A stretch of DNA of 64,000 bases from Candidatus Binatus soli (GTDB lineage Bacteria; Desulfobacterota; Binatia; Binatales; Binataceae): contig DLMJ01000042.1 in the NCBI GenBank assembly GCA_002479255.1, positions 16,942 through 80,941 of the forward strand, read 5' to 3'. A program made the translations under genes and the position numbers. The notes under the pieces are model-generated. The model searched no databases. It saw only the letters and a list, made by a program, of their open reading frames with translations, and was not told the origin of the DNA. Shown here piece by piece: positions 20,408-30,538 of the stretch; the first letter of the stretch is position 1, and each line of letters opens with the position of its first letter.

Positions 20408-22342
20408 ATGAATCAGTTTTCTCGCAGTATTGCACTGTGGCTGGTGCTGGGACTGATGTTCCTTCTGCTGTTCAATATCTTCAGCAGGCAACAGCCCAAA
20501 GAACCCGAAATAATTTTCTCGGACTTCCTTAACCAGGTTGAGAAGAACCAGGTCGTCGAGGCGACGATTCAAGGAAATCAAATCAAGGGCGATACGACCA
20601 GCGGGGAGCATTTCAAGACCTACGCGCCCGACGATCCCGACCTGGTCAAGACGCTGCGCGAAAAGGGCGTCAAGATCGCGGCCAAGGCGCCCGAGGGCGA
20701 TCCGTGGTGGATGGTCGCGCTGATACAGTGGTTCCCGGTTCTGCTGATGGTGGGGCTGTTCATGTTCTTCATGCGCCAGATGCAAATCGGCGGCGGCAAG
20801 GCGATGTCGTTTGGCAAGAGCCGCGCCAAGCTGCTGACTGAGAATACCCACAAAGTTACCTTCGCCGACGTGGCCGGAATCGACGAGGCGAAGGACGAAC
20901 TCGAAGAGATAATTCAATTTTTGCGCGACCCCAAGCGCTTCACGCGGCTGGGCGGCCGAATCCCCAAGGGCGTGCTGCTGGTCGGGCCGCCGGGAACCGG
21001 CAAGACGCTGCTCGCGCGGGCGATCGCCGGCGAAGCAGGCGTGCCGTTCTTTTCGATCTCGGGATCGGACTTTGTCGAGATGTTCGTTGGCGTTGGCGCG
21101 TCGCGCGTGCGCGACCTGTTCGTGCAGGGCAAGAAGCATGCGCCGTGTATCATTTTCATCGACGAGATCGACGCGGTGGGACGTCATCGCGGGGCCGGCC
21201 TCGGCGGCGGTCATGATGAACGCGAACAGACGCTCAATCAGTTGCTGGTCGAGATGGACGGGTTCGAGGCCAACGAGGGCGTGATCCTGGTGGCGGCGAC
21301 CAATCGCCCCGACGTGCTTGACCCGGCGTTGCTGCGCCCGGGCCGCTTCGATCGCCGCGTGGTGGTGCCGCTGCCCGACGTGAAGGGGCGCGAGGGCATC
21401 CTGAAGGTCCACACGCGCAAGGTGCCGCTGTCCGAGGACGTCGATGGGACCAAGCTCGCGCGTTCGACGCCTGGCTTCGCGGGCGCCGACCTCGAAAACC
21501 TTGTCAACGAGGCCGCGCTGCTGGCGGCGCGCCGCAACAAGGACAAGGTCGAGATGTCGGACTTCGAGCTGGCCAAGGACAAGGTGATGATGGGCGCGGA
21601 ACGGCGCTCGATGGTGATGTCGGGCTCGGAGCGCAAGATAATCGCTTATCATGAAGGCGGGCACGCGCTGGTCGCGATGCTTCAGCCCGGTGCGGATCCG
21701 GTCCACAAGGTTACGATTATCCCGCGCGGGATGGCGCTTGGCGTGACGCAGCAATTGCCGCTGGACGATCGCTACACGTATCCCCGCGACTACCTGGTGA
21801 CGCGATTGGCGGTGATGTTCGGCGGGCGCACCGCGGAAGAACTCGTGTTCGGTCAGATGACAACCGGTGCGGGCAACGATATCGAAAAAGCGACCGAGCT
21901 CGCGCGCAAAATGGTCTGCGAATGGGGCATGAGCAAGGAGCTTGGCCCGATGACGTTCGGGCGGCGCGAGGAACAGATCTTTTTGGGCCGCGACATCTCG
22001 CATCATAAGGATTACTCCGAGCAAACCGCGCTTGAGATCGATCGCGAAGTGCGCCGTATCATCGATGATTCGTATCAGAAGGCGCGCCAGATCCTGTCGG
22101 ATCATCTGCCGCTGCTCCATGCGATCGCCGCGCGGCTGCTCGAGAAGGAAGTGCTCGACGGTAGCGAAGTTGAGGCGATGGCGACGGCGTTCCGCGAAGG
22201 GCGCGAGATGCCGCCGTCGCCGGCCGCGGTGCGCAATGATTTTCCGCCGCGTCCAGGCGCGGAGCCGGGCAAGGAAAAGCGCGCCGACAACGAAAACGAA
22301 AGCCCGGTGCCCGGACTCCCGCCGAAACCCGTTCTCGTGTAG
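20408..22342 (+). CDS. ftsH: ATP-dependent zinc metalloprotease FtsH
   Basis: Two N-terminal TM helices, AAA+ module (GPPGTGKT), HEGGH zinc-protease motif. Confidence 0.95.
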   Translation: MNQFSRSIALWLVLGLMFLLLFNIFSRQQPKEPEIIFSDFLNQVEKNQVVEATIQGNQIKGDTTSGEHFKTYAPDDPDLVKTLREKGVKIAAKAPEGDPWWMVALIQWFPVLLMVGLFMFFMRQMQIGGGKAMSFGKSRAKLLTENTHKVTFADVAGIDEAKDELEEIIQFLRDPKRFTRLGGRIPKGVLLVGPPGTGKTLLARAIAGEAGVPFFSISGSDFVEMFVGVGASRVRDLFVQGKKHAPCIIFIDEIDAVGRHRGAGLGGGHDEREQTLNQLLVEMDGFEANEGVILVAATNRPDVLDPALLRPGRFDRRVVVPLPDVKGREGILKVHTRKVPLSEDVDGTKLARSTPGFAGADLENLVNEAALLAARRNKDKVEMSDFELAKDKVMMGAERRSMVMSGSERKIIAYHEGGHALVAMLQPGADPVHKVTIIPRGMALGVTQQLPLDDRYTYPRDYLVTRLAVMFGGRTAEELVFGQMTTGAGNDIEKATELARKMVCEWGMSKELGPMTFGRREEQIFLGRDISHHKDYSEQTALEIDREVRRIIDDSYQKARQILSDHLPLLHAIAARLLEKEVLDGSEVEAMATAFREGREMPPSPAAVRNDFPPRPGAEPGKEKRADNENESPVPGLPPKPVLV

Positions 22343-22437
22343 TCGTCTTCGCCGGCGTGGTCGCGGCGCTTCAATTGACTCGATTCGCCACGGCGAGTCG
22401 GTTGCCGCGTAGGTGAGGGGGAAGTGGGGCCGGTGCG

Positions 22438-23361
22438 ATGCGACGCTCGCGGATTAAACCCAAGTCATCCAGTGATCGAGCCTTGCGCAAGCGGGCGTCT
22501 CAATCCCCATATCTCAAGCTTTACGACGGTCGCGTAATCAAGTTCCCCGCGGTGATGGGCGTGCTCAACGTCACGCCCGACTCCTTCTCCGATGGCGGTA
22601 GATACCTGGAGGCGGACCGCGCCGTCGAGCACGCGCTTGCGATGGAAGCGGCCGGCGCCGACCTGATCGACGTGGGCGGTGAATCGTCGCGTCCCGCGGG
22701 CGCGTCGGAGGTCCCGGTCGAGGTCGAGCTCGCGCGAGTCAGGCCGGTGCTCGCGCGCTTAAGCAAGCGGCTCGGCGTGCCAATCTCGATCGACACGCGG
22801 CGGGCGGAGGTCGCGCGAGTCGCGCTCGAGTCGGGCGCGGCGATAATCAACGATATCACGGCGCTCGAGCACGACTGCGAAATGGCGCCCCTTGCGGCGC
22901 GAACGAAGTGCGCGGTGGTGCTGATGCATATGCGCGGCGGTCTCGCCAATCATATCGAGTTCGCACGCTACCGCGACGTGGTGCGCGAGGTCGTCGAATA
23001 CCTGGAGGCGCGCGCGCGATTCGCCGCGGGGGCAGGAGTTGTGCGCTCGCGAATCATCGTTGACCCGGGACTGGGCTTCGCCAAGACGGCCCAGCATAAT
23101 CTGAAATTGCTGGCCGCCTTGCCCGACCTCTGTGCGCTCGGCTATCCCGTATTGGTGGGGGCGTCGCGCAAGAGCTTTGTGGCGCGAATAGCCGGAGCGG
23201 GCGAGCGGGAGCTGGAATTCGGCACGGCGGCTGCGAACGCGCTGGCAGTGGCGGCCGGCGCGTCGATCGTGCGCGTGCACGACGCAGGCGCGGCCGTCGC
23301 CGTGGTGCGGATGGCCGCGGCGATGGCGGGACGGGATCGGCGGTTCAGGCGCAATGCATAA
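22438..23361 (+). CDS. folP: Dihydropteroate synthase
   Basis: VMGVLNVTPDSFSDGG and DVGGESSRP motifs; the N-terminal 25 aa are uncertain. Confidence 0.85.
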   Translation: MRRSRIKPKSSSDRALRKRASQSPYLKLYDGRVIKFPAVMGVLNVTPDSFSDGGRYLEADRAVEHALAMEAAGADLIDVGGESSRPAGASEVPVEVELARVRPVLARLSKRLGVPISIDTRRAEVARVALESGAAIINDITALEHDCEMAPLAARTKCAVVLMHMRGGLANHIEFARYRDVVREVVEYLEARARFAAGAGVVRSRIIVDPGLGFAKTAQHNLKLLAALPDLCALGYPVLVGASRKSFVARIAGAGERELEFGTAAANALAVAAGASIVRVHDAGAAVAVVRMAAAMAGRDRRFRRNA

Positions 23362-24106
23362 CTACATACCCATGATACCGCAGCCGCGATGGCAGGACAT
23401 CGTTGACATCCTGATCGTGGCGTACGTGATCTACCGGATCGCGCTTCTGATCCGCGGTACGCGCACGATGCAGATGGTGGTCGGGATGGTGATCGTGGGC
23501 GGCGCGTTCGTGGTGTCGCAGGTGCTCGGACTGTTCACGCTCAACTGGCTCTTGAACAACTTCCTTGGTTCGTTGTTTGTGATCCTGGTGGTTATCTTCC
23601 AGGCGGACATTCGGCGCGCGCTGACCCGTGTCGGTGCGCAATCCTTCCTGGGCCGCAATGCGGCTGCCGTCACGCCTGCGGAGGAAATAGCAACCGCGGC
23701 GGCGTGGCTTTCGGCGCGTCGAGTCGGCGCGCTGATAGTGATCGAACAGGACGATGGGCTGGGTGAGTTCGTCGAAAACGGTAGAGTCGTTGACGGCAAG
23801 GTCTCGCCCGAATTGCTCGAAACGATTTTCATGAACGGCTCTCCGCTGCATGATGGCGCCGTGATCATAAACGGCGACCGGGTACTCGCGGCGGCGTGCC
23901 TGCTGCCGTTGTCGCAAAACCCCAACGTAAGCCTGTCGCTGGGCACGCGTCATCGCGCGGCGATTGGAATGAGCGAGGACAGCGACGCGGTTGTGCTGGT
24001 CGTGTCCGAGGAGGACGGGACGATTTCTCTTGCCCGCGGCGGTGTTCTGAGCCGTGGACTGGAACCAGCCGAGGTCCTGTCCACACTGAGGAAGCTGCCG
24101 GGTTAG
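23354..24106 (+). CDS. cdaA: Diadenylate cyclase CdaA (c-di-AMP synthase, DAC domain) with 3 N-terminal TM helices
   Basis: DGA/RHR DAC-domain motifs (GSPLHDGAVII, GTRHRAA); overlaps the folP end by 8 nt. Confidence 0.9.
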   Translation: MHNYIPMIPQPRWQDIVDILIVAYVIYRIALLIRGTRTMQMVVGMVIVGGAFVVSQVLGLFTLNWLLNNFLGSLFVILVVIFQADIRRALTRVGAQSFLGRNAAAVTPAEEIATAAAWLSARRVGALIVIEQDDGLGEFVENGRVVDGKVSPELLETIFMNGSPLHDGAVIINGDRVLAAACLLPLSQNPNVSLSLGTRHRAAIGMSEDSDAVVLVVSEEDGTISLARGGVLSRGLEPAEVLSTLRKLPG

Positions 24107-24142
24107 GAGCGCGGAGGCAAAAGAGCGACGGGACGACGCACG

Positions 24143-25126
24143 ATGAGGCTGGGCGACTTCAAATATATGTTCGCAGTTAGCGGCGCGCGGCGGCTCCGCG
24201 GCGGCGACATCGGGCTGCGCATATTCGCGGTGGTGCTCGCGACCGGACTGTGGATATTCGTCAACACGGCCGAGCGGAATTCACGCGAGCCGCTCACGGT
24301 GCCTATCAGCTATAGCTCGCTGCCGCCGGGGATGGTGATCGTGAACCATCCGCCGGCGTTCGTGAAAATCGAAGTCACAGGTCCGCGCAACCTGCTGTCG
24401 CTGCTGGATCCCGAGCGGCTCACGCTCAAGATCGATCTGCGCGGCGTCGCGGCGGGACAATCCGAGTTCAAGATCTATCCCGCGATGTTCAACGTAGAAC
24501 GAAATACCGCCGTGACCAGCATCTCGCCCGATCAATTGTCGCTTGATGTCGATCGCGTCGTTAGCCGCGACGTGCCGGTCCAGCTGGCGGTTCAGGGGAA
24601 GGTCGAGCCCGGCTACACGATTACCTCGGTCGATATTACGCCGCCGAGCGTCACAATCATGGGGCCGAGCCGGTTCGTCGCGCCGCTTACGTCGGTCAGC
24701 ACGGAACCCTTCGACTTGAAGGGACTCACCTCGGATACCAGCCGCTCGGTTGATATCGCGGCGCCCAATCCGGCGTTGGGATTCTCTACGGGTCACGTCG
24801 ATGCGCGCATCAGTGTCGCGGAGGCGATTACCGACCGTGAGTTTCGCGCGGTCGAGGTGGAAGTCAAGGACAGCAATTTCAAGTACCGAATCGAACCCAG
24901 GCAGGCCACGCTGACGATTCGCGGGCCCGCGGTCAAGCTCGCGGGTCTCGCGCCGAAGGGGCTAGCCTACGTTGACGCCAAGGGCGTCGCGCCGGGCTCG
25001 CACGAGTTGCCGCTGCAAGTGACACTGCCCGACGGAATGCAGTTGGTGCGCCAGTCGCCCGACAAGGTTAGACTGCGGATGTATCACCAGAAGCTGACAA
25101 CTACTGCCGATGAGCACCCATCGTAA
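24143..25126 (+). CDS. cdaR: CdaA regulatory protein CdaR (YbbR-like domains)
   Basis: N-terminal TM helix plus repeated YbbR-like beta domains; canonical position between cdaA and glmM. Confidence 0.8.
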   Translation: MRLGDFKYMFAVSGARRLRGGDIGLRIFAVVLATGLWIFVNTAERNSREPLTVPISYSSLPPGMVIVNHPPAFVKIEVTGPRNLLSLLDPERLTLKIDLRGVAAGQSEFKIYPAMFNVERNTAVTSISPDQLSLDVDRVVSRDVPVQLAVQGKVEPGYTITSVDITPPSVTIMGPSRFVAPLTSVSTEPFDLKGLTSDTSRSVDIAAPNPALGFSTGHVDARISVAEAITDREFRAVEVEVKDSNFKYRIEPRQATLTIRGPAVKLAGLAPKGLAYVDAKGVAPGSHELPLQVTLPDGMQLVRQSPDKVRLRMYHQKLTTTADEHPS

Positions 25127-26477
25127 ACTGTTCGGCACCGACGGCGTCCGCGGAGTCGCCAATCAGGAGCCGATTACCTCCGAGACCGCGCTGAAGCTCG
25201 GCCGCGCGCTCGCGCATGTGTTCCGCAATTCCACGGGTCGTCATCGCAGAATTCTTATCGGCAAGGATACCCGCCTGTCGGGCTACATGATCGAGACCGC
25301 GATTGAGTCCGGAATCTGCTCGATGGGCGTGGACGTGTGGCTGGTGGGTCCGCTGCCGACGCCTGCGATCGCGTTTCTGACGCGCAGCATGCGCGCCGAC
25401 GCGGGCGTGGTCATATCGGCCTCGCACAATCCCTTCCAGGACAACGGGATCAAGTTTTTTTCGCGCGAAGGATTCAAACTCGACGACCAGACCGAGCGCC
25501 GAATCGAAGCGCTGGTGTTCGACGAAGGCGAGGTCGGGATGCATCGCGCGCGCGCGGACGATATCGGCAAGGCGGCGCGCATCGACGACGCGCTCGGCCG
25601 TTACCTGGTATTTCTGAAGTCGTGCCTGCCGCGCTCGGTCGCATTCGACGGGCTGAAGGTCGCGATCGATTGCGCCAACGGCGCGGCCTACAAGGTCGGT
25701 CCCGAGGTGCTGGAGGAACTGGGCGCCGAGGTCTTGGCGATCGCGGCCGAGCCCGACGGCACCAACATCAATCTGAATTGCGGCGCGACGCATCTCGACG
25801 GGATTCGCGAGACCGTTTTGCGCGAGCACGCCAACGTCGGCATAGCGCTCGACGGCGACGGCGATCGCGTGATGCTGATCGACGAGCGCGGCGAAGTCTT
25901 CGACGGCGACGACATGATGGCGCTGCTCGGCCGCAAGCTCGCCGCCCAAGGCCGGCTGAGCCACAACGCCGTGGTCGCAACCGTGATGAGCAACTTCGGA
26001 CTCGAGCTCGCGCTTCGCGACGCGGGCGTGCGGCTGATCCGCACCGAGGTCGGCGACCCCGCGGTCGCGCGCGAGATGCGACTCAACTCGTACAACCTGG
26101 GCGGCGAGCAGTCGGGCCACGTGATCTTCATGGATTACTCGACCACCGGCGACGGACTGATCAGCGCGTTGATGGTGCTTGCGCAGATGGCCGAAAGTGG
26201 CCGGACGCTCGGCGAACTGCGCGCGATGCACCGCGTGCCGCAAGTTCTGGAAAACGTGCGCGTCCGAAATCGCGTGCCGCTAGCCGAGATGCCCGACGTT
26301 CAACGAATCATCGCCGACGCCGAGCGACGGCTGGCGGGCAGCGGCCGGCTGCTGGTGCGATATTCGGGGACCGAGATGCTCGCGCGCGTGATGGTCGAAG
26401 GCGAGGACGGCGTTCAGATCAAAGCGCTCGCCCAGGAAATCGGCGCCGCGATCCGCAAGTACGCCGGCACGGCGTGA
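25110..26477 (+). CDS. glmM: Phosphoglucosamine mutase
   Basis: FGTDGVRG and SASHNP phosphoserine-loop motifs. Confidence 0.95.
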   Translation: MSTHRKLFGTDGVRGVANQEPITSETALKLGRALAHVFRNSTGRHRRILIGKDTRLSGYMIETAIESGICSMGVDVWLVGPLPTPAIAFLTRSMRADAGVVISASHNPFQDNGIKFFSREGFKLDDQTERRIEALVFDEGEVGMHRARADDIGKAARIDDALGRYLVFLKSCLPRSVAFDGLKVAIDCANGAAYKVGPEVLEELGAEVLAIAAEPDGTNINLNCGATHLDGIRETVLREHANVGIALDGDGDRVMLIDERGEVFDGDDMMALLGRKLAAQGRLSHNAVVATVMSNFGLELALRDAGVRLIRTEVGDPAVAREMRLNSYNLGGEQSGHVIFMDYSTTGDGLISALMVLAQMAESGRTLGELRAMHRVPQVLENVRVRNRVPLAEMPDVQRIIADAERRLAGSGRLLVRYSGTEMLARVMVEGEDGVQIKALAQEIGAAIRKYAGTA

Positions 26478-26481
26478 CCGA

Positions 26482-27240
26482 TTAATTGCGCTTCGTGCGC
26501 TTGCGCTTCGCGGTCAGCGGCTTCGAGCCGAGCGCTTTTAGGTACGCCTTTACCGCGCGCGTCAGGCCCATATAGAGCGCGTCGGAGATCAGCGCGTGGC
26601 CGATGGAGACCTCCTGCAAGCCTTTGACCGCTTTCGCATAGGCCGGAATATTCTTGAGATCGAGATCGTGGCCCGCATTCACGCCCAGTCCGATTTCCCG
26701 CGCCAGCCGCGCGGCCTCGCGATGCGCCGCGAGAATCTCTTGACCGGCCGGCGTGCCGAACGCATTCGCATAAGGCCCGGTGAACAACTCGATTCGGTCC
26801 GCCCCGAGTTCTCGTGCGCGCCTGATCTGCCGGGCGTCGGTATCAAGGAAAAGACTCGTGCGGATGCCCGCGTTGCCGAGCCTTGCGAGCACGTCGCCAA
26901 CCCATTCCGCTCCGCTCGTCAGGTTCCATCCCGCATTCGACGTCAGCACGCCCGGCGGGTCGGGCACGAGTGTCACCTGCGTCGGCTTGACGCGCATCAC
27001 GAGGTCAAGAAACTCCGCGCCCGGGTATCCTTCGATATTGAACTCGACCGTCAGCATCGCGGCGAGATCGAACACGTCCTGAAACGTGATGTGCCGGGCG
27101 TCGGGGCGCGGATGGACCGTTATCCCGTGGCATCCCGCGGCGATGCAGGTACGCGCCGCCTCGACTACGTCGGGAATATTTCCGCCGCGCGCATTTCGGA
27201 GCGTCGCGATTTTGTTGACGTTGACGCTGAGCCGAATCAT
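26482..27240 (-). CDS. pdxJ: Pyridoxine 5'-phosphate synthase
   Basis: Similarity to E. coli PdxJ from MIRLSVNVNKIATLRNARGG onward; the track's longer N-terminal extension (to 27390) is rejected. Confidence 0.9.
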   Translation of the reverse strand: MIRLSVNVNKIATLRNARGGNIPDVVEAARTCIAAGCHGITVHPRPDARHITFQDVFDLAAMLTVEFNIEGYPGAEFLDLVMRVKPTQVTLVPDPPGVLTSNAGWNLTSGAEWVGDVLARLGNAGIRTSLFLDTDARQIRRARELGADRIELFTGPYANAFGTPAGQEILAAHREAARLAREIGLGVNAGHDLDLKNIPAYAKAVKGLQEVSIGHALISDALYMGLTRAVKAYLKALGSKPLTAKRKRTKRN

Positions 27241-27346
27241 TTCAATACCGAGGCTACCAGAGCCAGCGCGCCAGTCCAGTTTTTCACTGCCGCCCGCATT
27301 CCCGCCTCCCGCGCATGGTGTAATATTTCCCGCAGGATTGCCGACG

Positions 27347-28900
27347 ATGATTTTGCTCAACGCCGCCGAAAGCCGCCAACTCGATCGCATCAGCCAGGAA
27401 AAGTACGGAATTTCGTCCTACCTGCTGATGACGCGGGCGGGTGAGGCTGTTGCCGACGCGCTCGTCGAGCGCTTCCCCGAAGCGGCCGCCGATGTGCTCG
27501 TCGTGGCGGGCCGGGGTAACAACGGCGGCGACGGATTCGTCGCTGCAAGACGGCTGATTCGGGACGGCTTCGGCGCGCGAGCCGTTCTGCTCGGTCGCGC
27601 GGCGGACTTGAAGGGCGATGCCGCGCGCGCATACGCGGAGTTTCGCGCATCCGGTGGCAAGGCGATCGAGGCATCGGGAGAGTCCAGCCTCGAAGCCGCG
27701 CTTGGCAAACGCCCGAGCGCCGTTATCGACGCGATTTTCGGCACCGGCTTGAACGCGGAGGTCAAAGACGGGCCGCGGCGCGCGATCGAGATTGTTAATT
27801 CATTCGGATTGCCCGTAATCGCCGTCGATATCGCGTCGGGAGTGAACTCGGACACGGGTGCTGTCATGGGCGCGGCGATCCGCGCGTCTCTCACGGTGAC
27901 GTTCGGGTTCGCGAAGTTCGGCCACGTTTCATATCCGGGCGCCGGACAATCCGGCGAGTTGCGGATCGTCGATATAGGTTTCGCCGCGCGCGCGATTGAG
28001 GAGATAGCGCCCCGCGGCCGATTCCTCGAGCGCGACGACGTGCGGCATTTGATTCGCGCGCGGCCGGCGAATTCGCACAAGGGAATGTATGGACATCCGC
28101 TGGTAATCGCCGGCGGCCGCGGCAAGTCCGGCGCCGTACTGCTTGCTTCACGCGCCGCCTTGAGAGCGGGCGCGGGCCTCGTTACGGCGGCGGTGCCCGA
28201 GTCGATCCAGCCAATCGTCGCGGCGGGGCAGGCCGAACTGATGACCGAGCCGATCGCCGATCGCGACGGCCACTTTGACGGCGCTCACGCGCCCGACACG
28301 TTAAAGATCATAATCGAAGGGATGAACGCGTTGATCGTGGGGCCGGGAATGGGAGTCAGCGATGACACCAGACGCCTCGTCGAATGGCTGATCTCAGACG
28401 CGTCCGAGCGCGAGCGTCCGATGCTGATCGATGCCGACGGACTCAACGCGCTGGCCGCGATCGGTTGCGAAGCCGCCCGGCGTGCGCGCGGTCCGGTCGT
28501 GCTGACGCCTCATCCGGGAGAAGCCGCGCGCCTGCTCGGCGTGACCCCGGCGATCATCAACGACGATCGCGTGTCTGCCGCGCGCAATCTGGCGGAACGA
28601 ACCGGAGCGTCCGTGCTGATAAAGGGCGCGCGTTCCGTTATCGCCTCTCCCGACGGCGACCTCTATATCAACTCGACCGGCAATCCCGGGATGGGCACGC
28701 CCGGCATCGGTGACGCGCTGTCGGGAATCGTCGGCGCGCTGCTGGGGCAGAAGATGCGCCCGATGGACGCGCTCGCGCTTGGCGTTTTTCTCCACGGCTA
28801 CGCGGCGGATCGCGTCGCGGCGCGGATGGGGCGCGTTGGCTATATCGCCGGCGACCTCATTGACGAGTTGCCGGCGGCACTGGAAGCACTAACGCGGTAG
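27347..28900 (+). CDS. nnr: Bifunctional NAD(P)H-hydrate epimerase/dehydratase Nnr (YjeF N- and C-terminal domains)
   Basis: YjeF_N (GRGNNGGDGFV) and carbohydrate-kinase-like YjeF_C domains. Start at ATG 27347; the track start 27086 would overlap pdxJ on the opposite strand. Confidence 0.9.
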   Translation: MILLNAAESRQLDRISQEKYGISSYLLMTRAGEAVADALVERFPEAAADVLVVAGRGNNGGDGFVAARRLIRDGFGARAVLLGRAADLKGDAARAYAEFRASGGKAIEASGESSLEAALGKRPSAVIDAIFGTGLNAEVKDGPRRAIEIVNSFGLPVIAVDIASGVNSDTGAVMGAAIRASLTVTFGFAKFGHVSYPGAGQSGELRIVDIGFAARAIEEIAPRGRFLERDDVRHLIRARPANSHKGMYGHPLVIAGGRGKSGAVLLASRAALRAGAGLVTAAVPESIQPIVAAGQAELMTEPIADRDGHFDGAHAPDTLKIIIEGMNALIVGPGMGVSDDTRRLVEWLISDASERERPMLIDADGLNALAAIGCEAARRARGPVVLTPHPGEAARLLGVTPAIINDDRVSAARNLAERTGASVLIKGARSVIASPDGDLYINSTGNPGMGTPGIGDALSGIVGALLGQKMRPMDALALGVFLHGYAADRVAARMGRVGYIAGDLIDELPAALEALTR

Positions 28901-28929
28901 TTGCGCTATATTACGACTGAGTAATCGCG

Positions 28930-29442
28930 ATGGCTAATGCCGCTGCAGAATCGGAGGAATCGGGCGCGACCGTGGTCACGATGGTGATCGAGAGCCGCTC
29001 GCCGCACGAGACCAAATCGTGGGGACGGCGGCTGGCCTCGCTTCTCGAAGGAGGGGAACTGCTCGGCCTGATTGGCGATCTCGGTGCGGGCAAGACCTGC
29101 TTTATCAAAGGACTCGCGCGCGGACTAAGCCTGCGCGAAGAGGACATCCTGAGCCCCACCTTCACGATGATCCAGGAGCATCACGGGCGCTTCCCGCTCT
29201 ATCATATAGATCTGTATCGCCTCGAAGAGGCGACACTGGATGACCTGGGTCTTCGCGAATATTTGTTTTCCGAAGGTGTCGCAGCCGTCGAATGGTTCGA
29301 GTGTCTGCGCGGCGGTGCGGAGATGGAATACCTGGCGGTCCGCATCAGCTACGCCGGCGCGAACATCCGCCGAATCGAATTCAGCGCGGCGGACTCCCGC
29401 CATGCGCAAATCATTTCCAAGTTGAAGCGCCGCTTCGCCTGA
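28930..29442 (+). CDS. tsaE: tRNA threonylcarbamoyladenosine biosynthesis ATPase TsaE
   Basis: P-loop GDLGAGKT and the conserved yjeF-yjeE gene order. Confidence 0.85.
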   Translation: MANAAAESEESGATVVTMVIESRSPHETKSWGRRLASLLEGGELLGLIGDLGAGKTCFIKGLARGLSLREEDILSPTFTMIQEHHGRFPLYHIDLYRLEEATLDDLGLREYLFSEGVAAVEWFECLRGGAEMEYLAVRISYAGANIRRIEFSAADSRHAQIISKLKRRFA

Positions 29443-29483
29443 GGGCGGGAAGCTGCACCACCCTGCTGCGCGAGGGTAGTGTC

Positions 29484-29624
29484 TCAGTTTGAAATTCGAT
29501 CAATAAACCAGAAAACGAGCCCAAAGATGGCCATCAGAAGTATCGGAGCCCAGAACAGAATTATGCTCGCCATGACACGTTGACGACCCGCCATCTCGAC
29601 TTCACGCTTAAACCATCCGCTCAT
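29484..29624 (-). CDS. Possible 46-aa small membrane protein (MSGWFKREVEMAGRQRVMASIILFWAPILLMAIFGLVFWFIDRISN) inside the low-GC island
   Basis: Short ORF with a basic N-terminus and one TM helix; weak RBS; AT-richer than the flanks. Confidence 0.3.
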   Translation of the reverse strand: MSGWFKREVEMAGRQRVMASIILFWAPILLMAIFGLVFWFIDRISN

Positions 29625-29821
29625 GCGGTTTCTCTTTGGCTCGCTTCCCATTCGTCCACGATTCCAACTAAATCCTCGAACGAAAAAAGATAATCGGCAA
29701 CGCCCGACTCCATCGCAGGCGTTACTCTGAGCGTCTTGTGAATCCGAATGAAGTTGTACCAGAGCGCGTAGAGCGCCACCACGCTGCCCGCGGTACTGGC
29801 TGATTTCCGGGGACACGGCAA
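29621..29821 (-). mobile_element. C-terminal remnant of a DDE transposase (YNFIRIHKTLRVTPAM motif, resembling IS1595/ISXO2-like C-termini); no catalytic domain left
   Basis: ALYALWYNFIRIHKTLRVTPAMESGVAD matches the conserved C-terminal tail of IS transposases; only about 60 aa present. Confidence 0.5.
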
Positions 29822-29919
29822 TTCAGATTGATCGTCGGACGTGGCGGGAAGGGCACGAATATGCCACGTAGATAATGGACGTGCTTGCTTTTCCCCTCGT
29901 ATGGTAGGATGAAAGTGCC

Positions 29920-30189
29920 ATGATCTTCGCTGTCATAGCTGGCCCTGGGCATGAAAATATTCTCGACGAACGGATACGGGCGCTTTACCCGGACAAACAT
30001 ATACAATTCCACTCCAAGGGACACTGGTTCGTCGCCAGTACCGGAACGGCTGAAGAAGTCTCAGACCGATTAGGAATTTCAGCGGATAAACCGGACGATG
30101 TCAGAACTGCAATAGTTCTCGGTGTGTCCGGATACTGGGGCCGCGAGTCCGCCAATATATGGGAGTGGCTAACTGCTAATGGCGGCTAA
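29920..30189 (+). CDS. Hypothetical protein (89 aa), low-GC island cargo
   Basis: GC about 50% versus about 67% in the flanks; ATG with upstream ggtaggatgaaag; no recognisable family. Confidence 0.55.
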   Translation: MIFAVIAGPGHENILDERIRALYPDKHIQFHSKGHWFVASTGTAEEVSDRLGISADKPDDVRTAIVLGVSGYWGRESANIWEWLTANGG

Positions 30190-30484
30190 AGAGGAAACTC
30201 CCCTCCGCTTCACAACTAAGCCGCGTCGCTCACTCCGCACCGGTAGTAGCGATCCGTTAACGTCTGCCGTATTCGATTTGAGTATGGCAGTCGGGGAATT
30301 AAAAAACGCAGTAGCCACGCTCTCCGCTCAAGGACAGGATCAAACTAAGGAATTAAGAAAGATTTCTGGTGAAATCACTGGTGCAAAGGCGATTGCGAAG
30401 TTTGTTGCTTCGGTTGCGGCATTCATAGGCGTGGCGACAATCATCAAACTGTGGCCGGTCATTCACGGTTGGTTCGCTTCTTAA
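30179..30484 (+). CDS. Hypothetical coiled-coil protein with a C-terminal TM helix (101 aa); architecture reminiscent of phage XhlA-type small membrane proteins
   Basis: Overlaps the upstream ORF by 11 nt; amphipathic central region and C-terminal FVASVAAFIGVATIIKLWPVI helix. Confidence 0.55.
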   Translation: MAAKEETPLRFTTKPRRSLRTGSSDPLTSAVFDLSMAVGELKNAVATLSAQGQDQTKELRKISGEITGAKAIAKFVASVAAFIGVATIIKLWPVIHGWFAS

Positions 30485-30487
30485 ATC

Positions 30488-30538
30488 AGGACACTTCCAT
30501 CCTGAAATCCGGACACTCGGCCTGAAATTAGGACAGTA
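30488..30538. repeat. About 2.5 copies of a 22-bp direct repeat (GGACACT-N5-CCTGAAAT), immediately 3' of the island genes
   Basis: aggacacttccatcctgaaatcc / ggacactcggcctgaaattag / gacagtacc. Confidence 0.5.

Noticed and set aside
18905-22120. 1071-aa minus-strand ORF antisense to tilS-ftsH. The same applies to the antisense ORFs 12094..13488, 16386..17285, 25101..26243, 38518..40374, 7129..8550 and 4984..5985, and to the out-of-frame plus-strand ORFs 25337..26485 and 6531..7343
   Set aside because: They are typical stop-codon-poor frames in GC-rich DNA. They overlap well-supported conserved genes on the opposite strand or in another frame, are Arg/Ala/Pro-rich and have no recognisable domains.
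27086-27346. N-terminal 87-aa extension of the 604-aa ORF (27086..28900)
   Set aside because: It overlaps pdxJ on the opposite strand and has no similarity to Nnr. The ATG at 27347 aligns with YjeF_N N-termini.
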